A stretch of 64,000 nt of DNA, taken from IMG/VR virus record IMGVR_UViG_3300033994_001010; one strand, given 5' to 3'. The notes beneath the pieces are model-generated. The model worked only from the letters and a program-made list of their open reading frames with translations. It ran no database searches and had not been told where the DNA came from. Below are positions 18,318-27,911 of this stretch, piece by piece. The DNA comes from an uncultured virus (IMG/VR IMGVR_UViG_3300033994_001010). Its lineage: Duplodnaviria; Heunggongvirae; Uroviricota; Caudoviricetes. Within the stretch, counting starts at the first letter, position 1, and each line of letters opens with the position of its first letter. Made by a program: the position numbers and the translations under genes.

Positions 18318-18521
18318 ATGAAGCCTTTTGAAACCCCGTTTCCACCAAATGTGGATGAAACAACGGATGACGACACTACAAAGGTTCCAGAAACCAACCT
18401 TGATGAGTTGATTGTTCGTTATGACCCAAACTCAAAGCAATGGTTTACTCAAGATGAAAATGTGCTTTTAATTTGTTCAGCACAAATGGCTACGTACAAA
18501 GACAAGACAGAGGATAACTAG
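18318..18521 (+). CDS. Small acidic hypothetical protein
   Basis: Operon packing. Confidence 0.6.
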   Translation: MKPFETPFPPNVDETTDDDTTKVPETNLDELIVRYDPNSKQWFTQDENVLLICSAQMATYKDKTEDN

Positions 18522-18522
18522 T

Positions 18523-18855
18523 ATGCCAGTTTCATGTGAACCAGGTTCGTCAGCAGTACTTTACGATTGGGCTGAGGATTTAAACAGGCATGAGTATTGG
18601 TTTACTGTTCTTATAATGATTACAGGACTAGACCCATCTAAATTAGAAGAAATGACAATAGATGAGTATATTGATGCATTACGCAAAACATACAACTACA
18701 TACTAGTTCCTGATAACAAATCTGAGGAAGAGAATTATAGTAACGATATGTTTTCTATTTATCCGTTTGTAAGTAAAAACTATCAATATTTTATCCATAG
18801 AATAAGAGTCAGTTGGCAAGGGTTGACCCTTTGTAAGTATTTGGAGCAAGCATGA
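18523..18855 (+). CDS. Hypothetical protein
   Basis: Operon packing; ATGA overlap with next gene. Confidence 0.65.
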   Translation: MPVSCEPGSSAVLYDWAEDLNRHEYWFTVLIMITGLDPSKLEEMTIDEYIDALRKTYNYILVPDNKSEEENYSNDMFSIYPFVSKNYQYFIHRIRVSWQGLTLCKYLEQA

Positions 18856-19565
18856 ACAAAGACGTTGCGTATACTGCCTTAATTTCTTCTAAACTGTCTT
18901 CCTTTAATTCACAGGTTTCATCAGAAGAAACACGTACAGAGTGGAATGATTTCATTAGTAAAGTAAAACAAACTACGGTTGAAGCAAACCTTGATGCTCG
19001 TTTTATTGCTCGTGGAGTGCATCTTGAAACAAATTGGTACGATATTCCATTTACCGAAGATTTACATGCCATTGCTGGGGCAAACTGCTTAGTTGATTTA
19101 TTACTTATTTCAACAAAAAAACCACAAAATGTCCTTATTGTTGACGGGTTAATCAACCGACTTCCCTTGTACGGATTGTTAAAAGACTCGAATATAAATT
19201 TTGTAAACAATCAGTATTTCTTTTGGTGGGAAAAACATCTAAAGAACACATCAGAAAACCACTCATTTGGGTACACTGCCTACTCTATTGAAGAGTTGGT
19301 TGAAATGCAAGAACCAATATTTGACATGATTTTTATTTCGGGTTACGCAATGTTTAACAATTCTGAAGTATTGGATTCTTTTTCTAACCTACTACTGCCA
19401 GGAGGCATGATAAGTGCTTCTTCTACTAATGGGTTTTCAACTCTTTACTCACCTTTGTATAAAGAACACGACATGTACCCACTACATGAGACACTTAATA
19501 ACGCTGATGGACTAACCATACATCTTGCTAACTTCCTTGGAAGTACTTATTTCCTAAAGAACTAG
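18852..19565 (+). CDS. Putative degenerate class I SAM-dependent methyltransferase-fold protein
   Basis: KKPQNVLIV...FDMIFI...LLLPGGMI pattern. Confidence 0.5.
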   Translation: MNKDVAYTALISSKLSSFNSQVSSEETRTEWNDFISKVKQTTVEANLDARFIARGVHLETNWYDIPFTEDLHAIAGANCLVDLLLISTKKPQNVLIVDGLINRLPLYGLLKDSNINFVNNQYFFWWEKHLKNTSENHSFGYTAYSIEELVEMQEPIFDMIFISGYAMFNNSEVLDSFSNLLLPGGMISASSTNGFSTLYSPLYKEHDMYPLHETLNNADGLTIHLANFLGSTYFLKN

Positions 19566-20395
19566 TTACCATACTTAGAAGTATCGTATTGGTGCATCCA
19601 AAACCCATTAAAGAAGCGTTCTGTTTCAGAAAATCCTCCTAAAACAGCGTGAAACATAACCATTAAATCAACAATTAGTAAATCACCATCTTGCCAATAA
19701 TGCACTTGGCGGATGTTTGTATTATTTAGTACTTGCTCTCCAAGCCACTGTTCATACCACCCAAACATTCCAATTGCATAATCGTTTGGTTCGCTTCCAT
19801 TAAACTCAATTAATTTACAATTAGTACTTGTTTCACCCTCCCTACAGAAGGTCATACGCATAATCTCTTTATTAGATAATTTGTGTTTTTGTATGGCATT
19901 AAAAACTGTTGGAGTTTTTGGCATCACTGGGTCATCACAAGATGGGAGCGCAGAAATCTTGCATAACCTAAGAAACGACTTTTGTTCATTGTCTAATAAA
20001 GCAAACACATCTGAGGTGTCAACAAACAAGGTTGCCCCAACGTCATTGTCACACGTAAATTTTTCCATGTTCCAAGTAGCCCCAATTGCTGGGTTTGGGT
20101 AACCAAAATGCTCAAGATGCCACGGAACTAGTATGTCTTGTTTTGTGGCCCATTTTCTTCTGTTAATTGACACAGTATGGCTTTCCTCATAATGCCAAAA
20201 TTTCATACTGTTAAGGTTGGGGTAATAACCTAAATAGTTACCGAATACCTGGGTAGCAATTAACTGCTCTTTTCTAGAAAACCTATGACCACGCAAGACT
20301 ATTGCACCAAGGTCTTTAAGGGAGTTAACGTATTTTTCACTATTTTCTAAGAACTCTTGAAAAGAAGAGTTGTTAATAACACTAAGGTGCTTCAT
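19562..20395 (-). CDS. TauD/TfdA-family 2OG-Fe(II) dioxygenase
   Basis: WHLE, GATLFVD, HYWQDGDLLIVD..MFHAV.GGF..ER. Confidence 0.8.
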   Translation of the reverse strand: MKHLSVINNSSFQEFLENSEKYVNSLKDLGAIVLRGHRFSRKEQLIATQVFGNYLGYYPNLNSMKFWHYEESHTVSINRRKWATKQDILVPWHLEHFGYPNPAIGATWNMEKFTCDNDVGATLFVDTSDVFALLDNEQKSFLRLCKISALPSCDDPVMPKTPTVFNAIQKHKLSNKEIMRMTFCREGETSTNCKLIEFNGSEPNDYAIGMFGWYEQWLGEQVLNNTNIRQVHYWQDGDLLIVDLMVMFHAVLGGFSETERFFNGFWMHQYDTSKYGN

Positions 20396-20474
20396 ATCTA
20401 GAGACTACAACATTGACCCCACAGGATGCTTCCATGATAAAATAGGGACCATTACAGACTTTTAAGGAGCACCC

Positions 20475-20804
20475 GTGGCCCAAGCATATAAGGTTCTTGC
20501 CCAATCAGCACCATCAGCAACTACTAATACCGACCTCCTCACCGTAGGTGCTGGTAAATCGGTAGTGGCTTCAACGCTGTCCGTGTGTAACCGAGGTACT
20601 ACGGCAGCCACTTACCGTGTGGCTATTCGCCCTGCTGGTACGTCAATTGCTAACCAGCACTACATCATTTACGATGCAAACATCTTGCCAAAAGACACCG
20701 CTACTTTAAGCGTTGGTTTTACCTTGGCAACTACAGACGTAGTAACCATTTACGCATCTAATGCCAACCTTTCCTTCTCAATCTTTGGAGTAGAAATTTC
20801 GTGA
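20475..20804 (+). CDS. Small structural protein
   Basis: AAGGAG RBS; beta-rich, ends FSIFGVEIS. Confidence 0.65.
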   Translation: MAQAYKVLAQSAPSATTNTDLLTVGAGKSVVASTLSVCNRGTTAATYRVAIRPAGTSIANQHYIIYDANILPKDTATLSVGFTLATTDVVTIYASNANLSFSIFGVEIS

Positions 20805-21508
20805 TTTCACGCCTTTCTGAGGTAGGTACAACTAGGGATTTGACGGGTATTAACCGCCCAATTAATGCCCAAACTGGAACTACTTACACCCTCGTATTTG
20901 ATGATCGTGGAAAGATTTTGGAGTTTAATAACGCCAGTGCGATTACCGTTACTGTTCCTTCCGACTCAACCACTACTTTCTATGACGGAGATGTCATGGA
21001 AGTGGTTCAGACTGGTGCTGGGATTGTAACCTTTTCAGCCGCAGGCGGAGTAACTATCAACGGATTTAATGGTTCGCTTTCTCTTAACGGGCAATGGGCT
21101 TCAGCAACGCTTGTTAAGCGGAGTGCAAATACCTGGGAACTTCTTTCCAAAAACGTGGTTGCTTCTCGATCAGTTGGTTCAGCCGCCTATGACGGTCTAA
21201 CGTTAAACGCCCAAACTGGTACCACCTACACGTTGGCACTTTCAGATGCCCACAAGTTGGTCACGCTCAGTAACGCTTCTGGGATTACGCTCACTATTCC
21301 TACAAATGGTGTTACAGCGTTTGCAATTGGTGATCAGGTAAACATCATGCAACTTGGTGCTGGTCAAGTAACTATTTCCTCTAGCGCAACAATCCGTTCG
21401 CAGGGTGGAAAAACCAAACTGAACGGTCAGTACGCACTTGCTACTTTGGTAAAAATCGCCTCTGATGAATGGGTGCTAGTCGGTAACGTAACCACAGCAA
21501 CGGTATAA
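20801..21508 (+). CDS. Tail fibre-associated protein with two tandem NAQTGTTYTL domains
   Basis: The same domain forms the C-terminus of the 12066 fibre. Confidence 0.7.
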   Translation: MISRLSEVGTTRDLTGINRPINAQTGTTYTLVFDDRGKILEFNNASAITVTVPSDSTTTFYDGDVMEVVQTGAGIVTFSAAGGVTINGFNGSLSLNGQWASATLVKRSANTWELLSKNVVASRSVGSAAYDGLTLNAQTGTTYTLALSDAHKLVTLSNASGITLTIPTNGVTAFAIGDQVNIMQLGAGQVTISSSATIRSQGGKTKLNGQYALATLVKIASDEWVLVGNVTTATV

Positions 21509-21510
21509 CC

Positions 21511-22488
21511 ATGATTATCATTGGTGGAGTTGGTGGGGTAGAAAAACTATTTACCCCTACTCTGAGTTCAGTAACCAATGCTGCTGGTGGGTTTACCTTT
21601 ACCATTACAAACTATTCTGCATTAAACACGTACGTACTAACTCCATCTAGTGGTAGTGCTTCTGAAGTAAGCGGAACGGTCACACTTTCTGGACTTGGTA
21701 ATAATGTTTCTGCATCCGTGGTTGTACAAGCAACCCGTGTTGGTTACGAAGATTCAGACACCGCAACAGCAAGTGGAACATCACTTCCTGCTCTATCAGC
21801 ACCCACATTTAGTGCTACAACAGCAACTGCTGGTGGGTTTACAGCAACGATTACTAACTACGATGCAGCGAACTCGTATACAGCAACTACTACTGCTGGG
21901 TCTGTTTCATCCATTACATCTAGTACTGTTACCCAAACTGGACTGGGTAATAGCGCTTCGGCAACAGTAACCGTAACCGCTTCTAGGTCTGGGTACGTTT
22001 CTGCTTCCGCTTCATTCTCTGGAACTTCTCAATCTAAGTTGGCTACACCAACTTTTAGTGGTTCTACAGCAACAAGTGGGGGTTGGACAGCGACCATTAC
22101 AAACTATGACTCTTCTAATACCTATACCTTAAGTGTAAACTCAGGAAGTATTTCTCGTTCTGGCAGTGGGCTAACTGCGTCAGGATTGGGCAACGGTGCT
22201 TCATCAACTGCTACTGTGTCTGCTTCACGAAGTGGTTTTGTTTCATCAGATAATGGCCTTGTGTCTGGTACTGCCATCCCTGCTTGTTCATCTTGCACTT
22301 TTTCATATAAAGCAACTGAGGGTGGAAACTGTGGAACCTGTAATATATTTGGAAACACCCACATCGTTTGTTACGACATTTTCTTTTACACAGGGTCACC
22401 AAACCCATGCATAGGTTGCAACGCTGCCATTGGTTCTTGGTACGAATGTGTTGGAACCTGTTGTGCAGTTTGCGGAACATATTGCTGA
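21511..22488 (+). CDS. Putative fibre/tip protein with three ~83-aa repeats and a Cys-rich C-terminus
   Basis: PT.S..T...GG.T.TITNY repeated three times; 12 Cys in the last ~70 aa. Confidence 0.65.
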   Translation: MIIIGGVGGVEKLFTPTLSSVTNAAGGFTFTITNYSALNTYVLTPSSGSASEVSGTVTLSGLGNNVSASVVVQATRVGYEDSDTATASGTSLPALSAPTFSATTATAGGFTATITNYDAANSYTATTTAGSVSSITSSTVTQTGLGNSASATVTVTASRSGYVSASASFSGTSQSKLATPTFSGSTATSGGWTATITNYDSSNTYTLSVNSGSISRSGSGLTASGLGNGASSTATVSASRSGFVSSDNGLVSGTAIPACSSCTFSYKATEGGNCGTCNIFGNTHIVCYDIFFYTGSPNPCIGCNAAIGSWYECVGTCCAVCGTYC

Positions 22489-22500
22489 TAGCATACGGGT

Positions 22501-22719
22501 ATGGAACAAAAAGAATTTGACCCAAATAAGCCAATGCGTTGGTACACATTTATAGTTGACGGTGAAGTTGCCTGGGTACAGACAGTAGCACTTGAACTAG
22601 AATATTTGATTGCTGTTATGTCCTCTGACCCTAAGATTGTTGAGTTACCTGAAAACTTACAAGGAACAAATATGTATGGTTGGACATACGAAAACGGGGA
22701 GTTTAAATCACCGCAATGA
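22501..22719 (+). CDS. Small hypothetical protein
   Basis: TAGCAT-6nt-ATG; GWTYENGEF end. Confidence 0.7.
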   Translation: MEQKEFDPNKPMRWYTFIVDGEVAWVQTVALELEYLIAVMSSDPKIVELPENLQGTNMYGWTYENGEFKSPQ

Positions 22720-22943
22720 ATGCTTGGCAGGAATACAAAAAAAAGTTAGGAACTACACGACCTTGGGATATGTTGAACCCAAATGTAGAACGTGCATCAG
22801 AAGAAGTTGCAGAAGCACGTATGGATACTTGTAACAAATGTCCCGAACTTATTTCCTTAACTAAACAATGTAAGCAATGTGGTTGCGTTATGCCAGCAAA
22901 AACAAAACTACTTAAAGCAACCTGCCCCCTAGGTAAGTGGTAA
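22716..22943 (+). CDS. Small Cys-rich metal-binding protein
   Basis: CNKC...CKQCGC...CPLGKW. Confidence 0.7.
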   Translation: MNAWQEYKKKLGTTRPWDMLNPNVERASEEVAEARMDTCNKCPELISLTKQCKQCGCVMPAKTKLLKATCPLGKW

Positions 22944-22958
22944 CGGCTATAATGGGCC

Positions 22959-24566
22959 GTGCCTAAACTACGCAAAGGATTTTGGTTTTACTTTCCCGTA
23001 GCGCTTCTGGCTTGGTTTGCACCAGTCACTTCCGTTAAAGCAGATGCTCTTGGAAACTGGACATACAGTCAATCAGCATCCTGTAATGGCTCAATAGAAG
23101 TCATAAATGACACCATCATCTTGCATGGTCCTAACGATGGTGGGTGTGGGGGTCAATCGCATTGGGTGAAGATTGAAACCACAATTCCTGCCAATGTGGA
23201 CACAATAGATTTCACTTGGGCATATCAAACCAACGATGGTTGGGTGTATGACCCACCCCAGTACGGCATCAACGGCGTTTACACCTTGCTTACACAGCAG
23301 AACAACGCAACAGGAACCAAGTCTGTACCCGTCAACGAGGGCGACATCTTCACGTTCCGCCAGTACTCAACTGACTCATGCTGCCAACCTGGTCATCTTA
23401 CAATTAGCAATTTATCTCTATGGAATGGTCTTGCTGAATCAACAACCACCAGTTCTACAACATCGTCAACGACTACAACTACTAGTACTACAACAACTAC
23501 AAGTACTACAAGTACAACTATTCCTCAGTCAACTACTTCTTCTTCCGTACCCCAAACAACATTGCCAGAATCAACAACGACCACGACACTACCGCCAGAG
23601 CAGTCAACATCTACTACCTCTTCAACGACTTCCACGACTTCCACGACTTCCACGACAGTGCCAGAAACAAGTACCACGTTAGTGGAGAATACAACAAGCA
23701 CCACAACAACAACTTCATCTACGACCACCTCCGTGCCTCAAATTGTCGTGGAAGTACCAACAGGAACCACAACAACAGTAGTAGAGGAACCTTATATAGA
23801 AGAGATGCCTGTAGAAGAAACAACCACGACAACTGAGCCAGAGCCAGAAATGACTGAGCCAGAAACCACAACAACTGAAACATACCCTGATACTACTGTG
23901 GAAGAAACTACAACCACAACTACCCTTGAAGAAATTATTCCTGAAGATACTGTCATTGATAACGTAATTACCGAAGAAGAGGTAGATGCGGTGGTTGAGG
24001 AGTTGACCACCATTACAGAAATTACGCCAGAGATTTTGTCCGAAGTTGTAGACGCTCTGAACTCAGACAACATCACAGAAGAGCAAGTTCAAGCCATTGT
24101 TGATGCTGTGGTTGAAAACCTAGATACTCTTGAGGAGATAACTTCAGAAGTTCTTGAAGAAGTATTAAATGTCTTGGAGTCAGACAGCATTACCCAAGAA
24201 CAAGTTCAAGAAGTTGTGGACACCATCTTGGCTACAGAAATCTCTAGCGACCAGGCAACGGAACTTGCTACCAGCGCAGCCGTTCTGGAAAACGTAACTG
24301 CTAACCAAGCAACTGAGATTTTCGCCACAGTAGATACTGGCGAGTTAACTAGCGAACAAGCACAAGCAATTGTTGATGCTGTACAAGATGCGCCAACCGA
24401 AGTAAAAGAAGCCTTTGAAGAAGAAATTAACGTCTTTGAAGGTGGCTTTGATAACTATGTTCCTACGGATTCTACGGTATCTGTAGGGGTACGCCGTGTT
24501 GTAGTAGCCGCCACTACGGTATCATTTATACTGCCTGCACCAGTTGTTTCTAGTCGTAGACGATAA
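22959..24566 (+). CDS. Secreted/membrane-anchored protein with a mucin-like Thr/Ser stalk and acidic repeats
   Basis: Signal peptide (..VKA/D), long T/S tract, E/V-rich repeats, hydrophobic C-terminus followed by RRR. Confidence 0.75.
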   Translation: MPKLRKGFWFYFPVALLAWFAPVTSVKADALGNWTYSQSASCNGSIEVINDTIILHGPNDGGCGGQSHWVKIETTIPANVDTIDFTWAYQTNDGWVYDPPQYGINGVYTLLTQQNNATGTKSVPVNEGDIFTFRQYSTDSCCQPGHLTISNLSLWNGLAESTTTSSTTSSTTTTTSTTTTTSTTSTTIPQSTTSSSVPQTTLPESTTTTTLPPEQSTSTTSSTTSTTSTTSTTVPETSTTLVENTTSTTTTTSSTTTSVPQIVVEVPTGTTTTVVEEPYIEEMPVEETTTTTEPEPEMTEPETTTTETYPDTTVEETTTTTTLEEIIPEDTVIDNVITEEEVDAVVEELTTITEITPEILSEVVDALNSDNITEEQVQAIVDAVVENLDTLEEITSEVLEEVLNVLESDSITQEQVQEVVDTILATEISSDQATELATSAAVLENVTANQATEIFATVDTGELTSEQAQAIVDAVQDAPTEVKEAFEEEINVFEGGFDNYVPTDSTVSVGVRRVVVAATTVSFILPAPVVSSRRR

Positions 24567-24645
24567 CCCTACAATCCCCGTAGAGCCTCCTAGGAGGCCC
24601 GTAGACAAGCGTAAATGGGCAAAACGACCCTAACTAAGGAGAATT

Positions 24646-24819
24646 GTGAAAAGACTTTGGAATGAGGTACATGGGCTAGTTTGGACACTGGCTGGAACAG
24701 GCATGGTTCTTATTACCCTGTCTGGTCAAACCCTAACTTGGGGTGTGTGGATTACTGTGGCTGGTCTTGTTGTACACTTCGTTGCTGTTGCTGGAAAGGG
24801 TAGTGACACAGACGAATAG
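24646..24819 (+). CDS. 57-aa two-TM membrane protein (not in ORF track)
   Basis: AAGGAG RBS, GTG start; MKRLWNEVHGLVWTLAGTGMVLITLSG... Confidence 0.7.
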   Translation: MKRLWNEVHGLVWTLAGTGMVLITLSGQTLTWGVWITVAGLVVHFVAVAGKGSDTDE

Positions 24820-24828
24820 TAGAGGTTC

Positions 24829-25911
24829 ATGGGTAACAAAACGATTGGTTTTTTGACATACGACTGGGCGCACGGGACAAAACCGCTACAACCAAATGGT
24901 TGTGCTTGGTATCGCTGTTTGCTGCCCAAGAATGAATTAGAAAAGTTTGGTTGGAAAACAGGTCTTGGGTTTCCCCGTTGGCACGATGAGTATGGGTACG
25001 GATTAATTATTTCCAATGATAAAGCCATTCACGGCTGGGAAATACTTGTATTCAAGTTAGTAATGCGTAAAGAGATTACTGATCTTGTGCGGTTAGCAAA
25101 GGCTAAAGGTCAAAAGATTGTTGTAGATATTGACGATTTCTTTGAAGGTCTTGACCCATCTAACCGTGCGTATTCGGCAACAGACCCCAAACTCCACCCA
25201 GACAACAATCGAGATCATTACATAAAAATGATTTATGAAGCAGATGCTGTCATTACATCTACTCCGTTTTTGTATAACTACTATGCAGCAAAAAGAAACA
25301 ACGTATTTTTAGTTCGCAATGGAATAGATATTGATCGTTGGAGACTGCGAAAAGACAAAGCAAAACGCTCACCAGTTGTTGGTTGGGTTGGTGCTACACC
25401 GTGGCGTTCTAAAGACCTAGAAAGTCTGAATCCATACGTTCCTAAATTTTTGAAGAAACATAATTTGACGTTTCACCACTCTGGTCATACCCCCGAAGCA
25501 CCGTTTGCCTACGAGCAAATTGGATACCACAGACAAAAATCAACCATCATGCCTATGGCCCCAATTCTTGACTACCCAAAATTGTTTCCACCAATTGATG
25601 TTGGGTTAGTCCCACTTAACAATCTTGAGTTTAACCATGCCAAGTCATTTATTAAAGGTCTTGAATACGCTGCTGCTGGAGTTCCTTTTATTTCTTCGTA
25701 TTCCCCCGAGTATCAATACCTTGCTGATGCCGGGGTCGGGCGTATTGCTAAAAGCCCAGAGGAATGGACTTACCATTTAAATGAACTACTAGACCCACAA
25801 ATGCGTAAAGATGACGCAATGGTAAACTACGAGATAGTTAAAGAGAAGTTTTCAATGGAAGTGCGTGGTGCTGAATGGAACGAAGTGATGGAGAAAATCT
25901 CCGCACTATAA
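24829..25911 (+). CDS. GT-B (GT4-like) glycosyltransferase
   Basis: VVDIDD, VGWVG, DVGLVPL...FNHAKSFIKGLEYAAAGVP. Confidence 0.85.
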   Translation: MGNKTIGFLTYDWAHGTKPLQPNGCAWYRCLLPKNELEKFGWKTGLGFPRWHDEYGYGLIISNDKAIHGWEILVFKLVMRKEITDLVRLAKAKGQKIVVDIDDFFEGLDPSNRAYSATDPKLHPDNNRDHYIKMIYEADAVITSTPFLYNYYAAKRNNVFLVRNGIDIDRWRLRKDKAKRSPVVGWVGATPWRSKDLESLNPYVPKFLKKHNLTFHHSGHTPEAPFAYEQIGYHRQKSTIMPMAPILDYPKLFPPIDVGLVPLNNLEFNHAKSFIKGLEYAAAGVPFISSYSPEYQYLADAGVGRIAKSPEEWTYHLNELLDPQMRKDDAMVNYEIVKEKFSMEVRGAEWNEVMEKISAL

Positions 25912-26552
25912 GAACCCTGGAGTCTTTTAAAGACATCCATAAAGGTGAAACGATCTGGGTTCTTGGTTCTGGTGGGTCATTAGATTTCCTTGACCCATCT
26001 TTCTTTGATGACAAAATTTGCGTAGGAGTAAACTTTGTTGGAAAAGTATTTGGATTGGCTAACTACTTCACCTTTTCTCATTACCACTCAGACTCCTTAG
26101 AGATGGCGGAATCCTCTAGGTTTGTATTTACACCCAGAAAAGAACACGGAAACAGAGCAGAGTGGTCAGGACACCTTCCAGCAAACGTGGTGTTATTTGA
26201 CTCAAATGCAGGAGCACCTGGGGATAGTTTTGACCCATTTGGGAAGGACAAACCTACGGCTGGACTAATGATCGGGAACTCAAGTATCCACGGATCAATA
26301 CATTTAGCGGCTTACTTAGGCGCTAAACACATAGTTTTGGTCGGGGCTGATTGTGGAAAGTTAAACAATGCTGACCGTTTTACGGGCTACGTAATAGGGG
26401 ATAATCCTTGGTCTGAATACAACACAAAACTTGTAATGATGAAACGCTGGATACTAGAGAACTTTGGAGCAAAGGTTTATTCTTTAAACCCTTTTGTAAA
26501 CTTCAACCTTGAGGGTGTTCCTTTTGATGGGGTATCAAAAATAAACCTGTGA
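25875..26552 (+). CDS. DUF115/Maf-like (sialyltransferase-like) protein
   Basis: FKDIHKGETIWVLGSGGSL; AAYLGAKHIVLVGAD. Confidence 0.7.
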   Translation: MERSDGENLRTIRTLESFKDIHKGETIWVLGSGGSLDFLDPSFFDDKICVGVNFVGKVFGLANYFTFSHYHSDSLEMAESSRFVFTPRKEHGNRAEWSGHLPANVVLFDSNAGAPGDSFDPFGKDKPTAGLMIGNSSIHGSIHLAAYLGAKHIVLVGADCGKLNNADRFTGYVIGDNPWSEYNTKLVMMKRWILENFGAKVYSLNPFVNFNLEGVPFDGVSKINL

Positions 26553-26564
26553 TACGATTTTTTG

Positions 26565-27335
26565 ATGGCTGTAACACTAGATGACCTGACGATACCTGCA
26601 CCACCCATTGGACCGATGGATTGGAACGCAGACGGATTTGTTATTAAGAAAAACTTAGTTCCAGAAGAGTTGATGGTCAACTACGAACAGTGCTGGCTAG
26701 AGAATAACTCTGAACGACCTGGTGGATGGCCTGATTGCACACCATATCGCAGGCATCCAGAAGTGCTGGAAATTCTTACTTACAGTGGTATTAGTAACAC
26801 TATGCAAGATCTCATTGGTGAACCTGCTGGTCTTCATCTAAATCTAACTGGTTGGGTTACTACTCGCCGTAATTGGCATCAAGATACATATTTAAATCCT
26901 GCACATGTTGGTGATTATTATGTTGCAATTTGGATTGCGCTTGAAACTATTCATCCAGATTCTGGTCCGTTTCAGTTTGTTCGTGGCTCACACCGCTGGC
27001 CTGTTGTAACACGAGAAAAGATTCTTGATGCGCTCAACCCAGATGAACAAGACCACACATGGCCTAAGCACAGCGAGCGCCTACTTACACCACTGTTTGA
27101 AGCGGAGATTGAAAACCGTAACGCTGAGGTAGTTACGTACTTACCAGAGCGTGGTGACGTGTTGTTCTGGCATGGTCGTTTATTACATCGAGGTTCTGAG
27201 CCTAATGTTGTTGGTATGCCACGTAAATCTTTGATTGCCCACTACTCAGGGATCAATCATCGTCAAGATATGCCAACAGCAAAAAGCCATAACGGTGGGT
27301 GGTATTTCCCAATTGAAGGTGGTCTTGTTTCGTGA
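26565..27335 (+). CDS. PhyH-family 2OG-Fe(II) dioxygenase
   Basis: WHQD, WIALE...GPFQFVRGSH, GDVLFWHGRLLHRG. Confidence 0.85.
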   Translation: MAVTLDDLTIPAPPIGPMDWNADGFVIKKNLVPEELMVNYEQCWLENNSERPGGWPDCTPYRRHPEVLEILTYSGISNTMQDLIGEPAGLHLNLTGWVTTRRNWHQDTYLNPAHVGDYYVAIWIALETIHPDSGPFQFVRGSHRWPVVTREKILDALNPDEQDHTWPKHSERLLTPLFEAEIENRNAEVVTYLPERGDVLFWHGRLLHRGSEPNVVGMPRKSLIAHYSGINHRQDMPTAKSHNGGWYFPIEGGLVS

Positions 27336-27904
27336 AATTACTTAATGCAGGCTGTGGAACGCACTACGCCAAAGGTTGGGTCAACACAGATGTTTGGGAA
27401 AACGATGAAACCAAACCTGATGTCCTTGTAGAACCAGGTAAGCCCTACCCATTTGAAGACAATACTTTTGATGCAGTGATGTTAAGCCATGTGCTTGAGC
27501 ACATCAACTGGCACGAAGTTCCAGACTTCATTCGGGAAATGTCTCGTGTGGCTAAACCTGAAGCGCCAATCCTTATTATCTGCCCAGATGTTTTAAAGAC
27601 GATTAAGTTGTGGCATCAAGGATCTCTACCTTGGTGGTTAGTTGAATCTACAATGGAGCATGCTGATGTTGCTCCAGAAGACAAATCGGTTAAATGGTGG
27701 AATGGGGCGGCGCATCACTGGAATGCTCATGAGAAACGGGTGGAAGACCTTCTTAAAAAAATGGGGTTCTCCAACATCGAAAACGTATTTAGCCTTATCC
27801 CTGATGGAAACTCATGGGAAGACAACCACATTACAGACTTAGTTTGGCCTGTAGTAGGTAAGGCTGCTTGGCAACTTTGCCTAAGATTTAATAACAAACT
27901 ATAA
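27332..27904 (+). CDS. Class I SAM-dependent methyltransferase (type 11)
   Basis: LNAGCG, PFEDNTFDAV..SHVLEH. Confidence 0.85.
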   Translation: MKLLNAGCGTHYAKGWVNTDVWENDETKPDVLVEPGKPYPFEDNTFDAVMLSHVLEHINWHEVPDFIREMSRVAKPEAPILIICPDVLKTIKLWHQGSLPWWLVESTMEHADVAPEDKSVKWWNGAAHHWNAHEKRVEDLLKKMGFSNIENVFSLIPDGNSWEDNHITDLVWPVVGKAAWQLCLRFNNKL

Positions 27905-27911
27905 TTGCTGT

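Noticed and set aside
12066..22488. Diversity-generating retroelement suggested by the Mtd-N-like fibre start
   Set aside because: No reverse transcriptase is present, and I saw no TR/VR pair differing only at adenines.
23440..23930. ACA/ACT/ACG-rich tandem-like DNA
   Set aside because: Explained by Thr/Ser codons of the mucin-like stalk.
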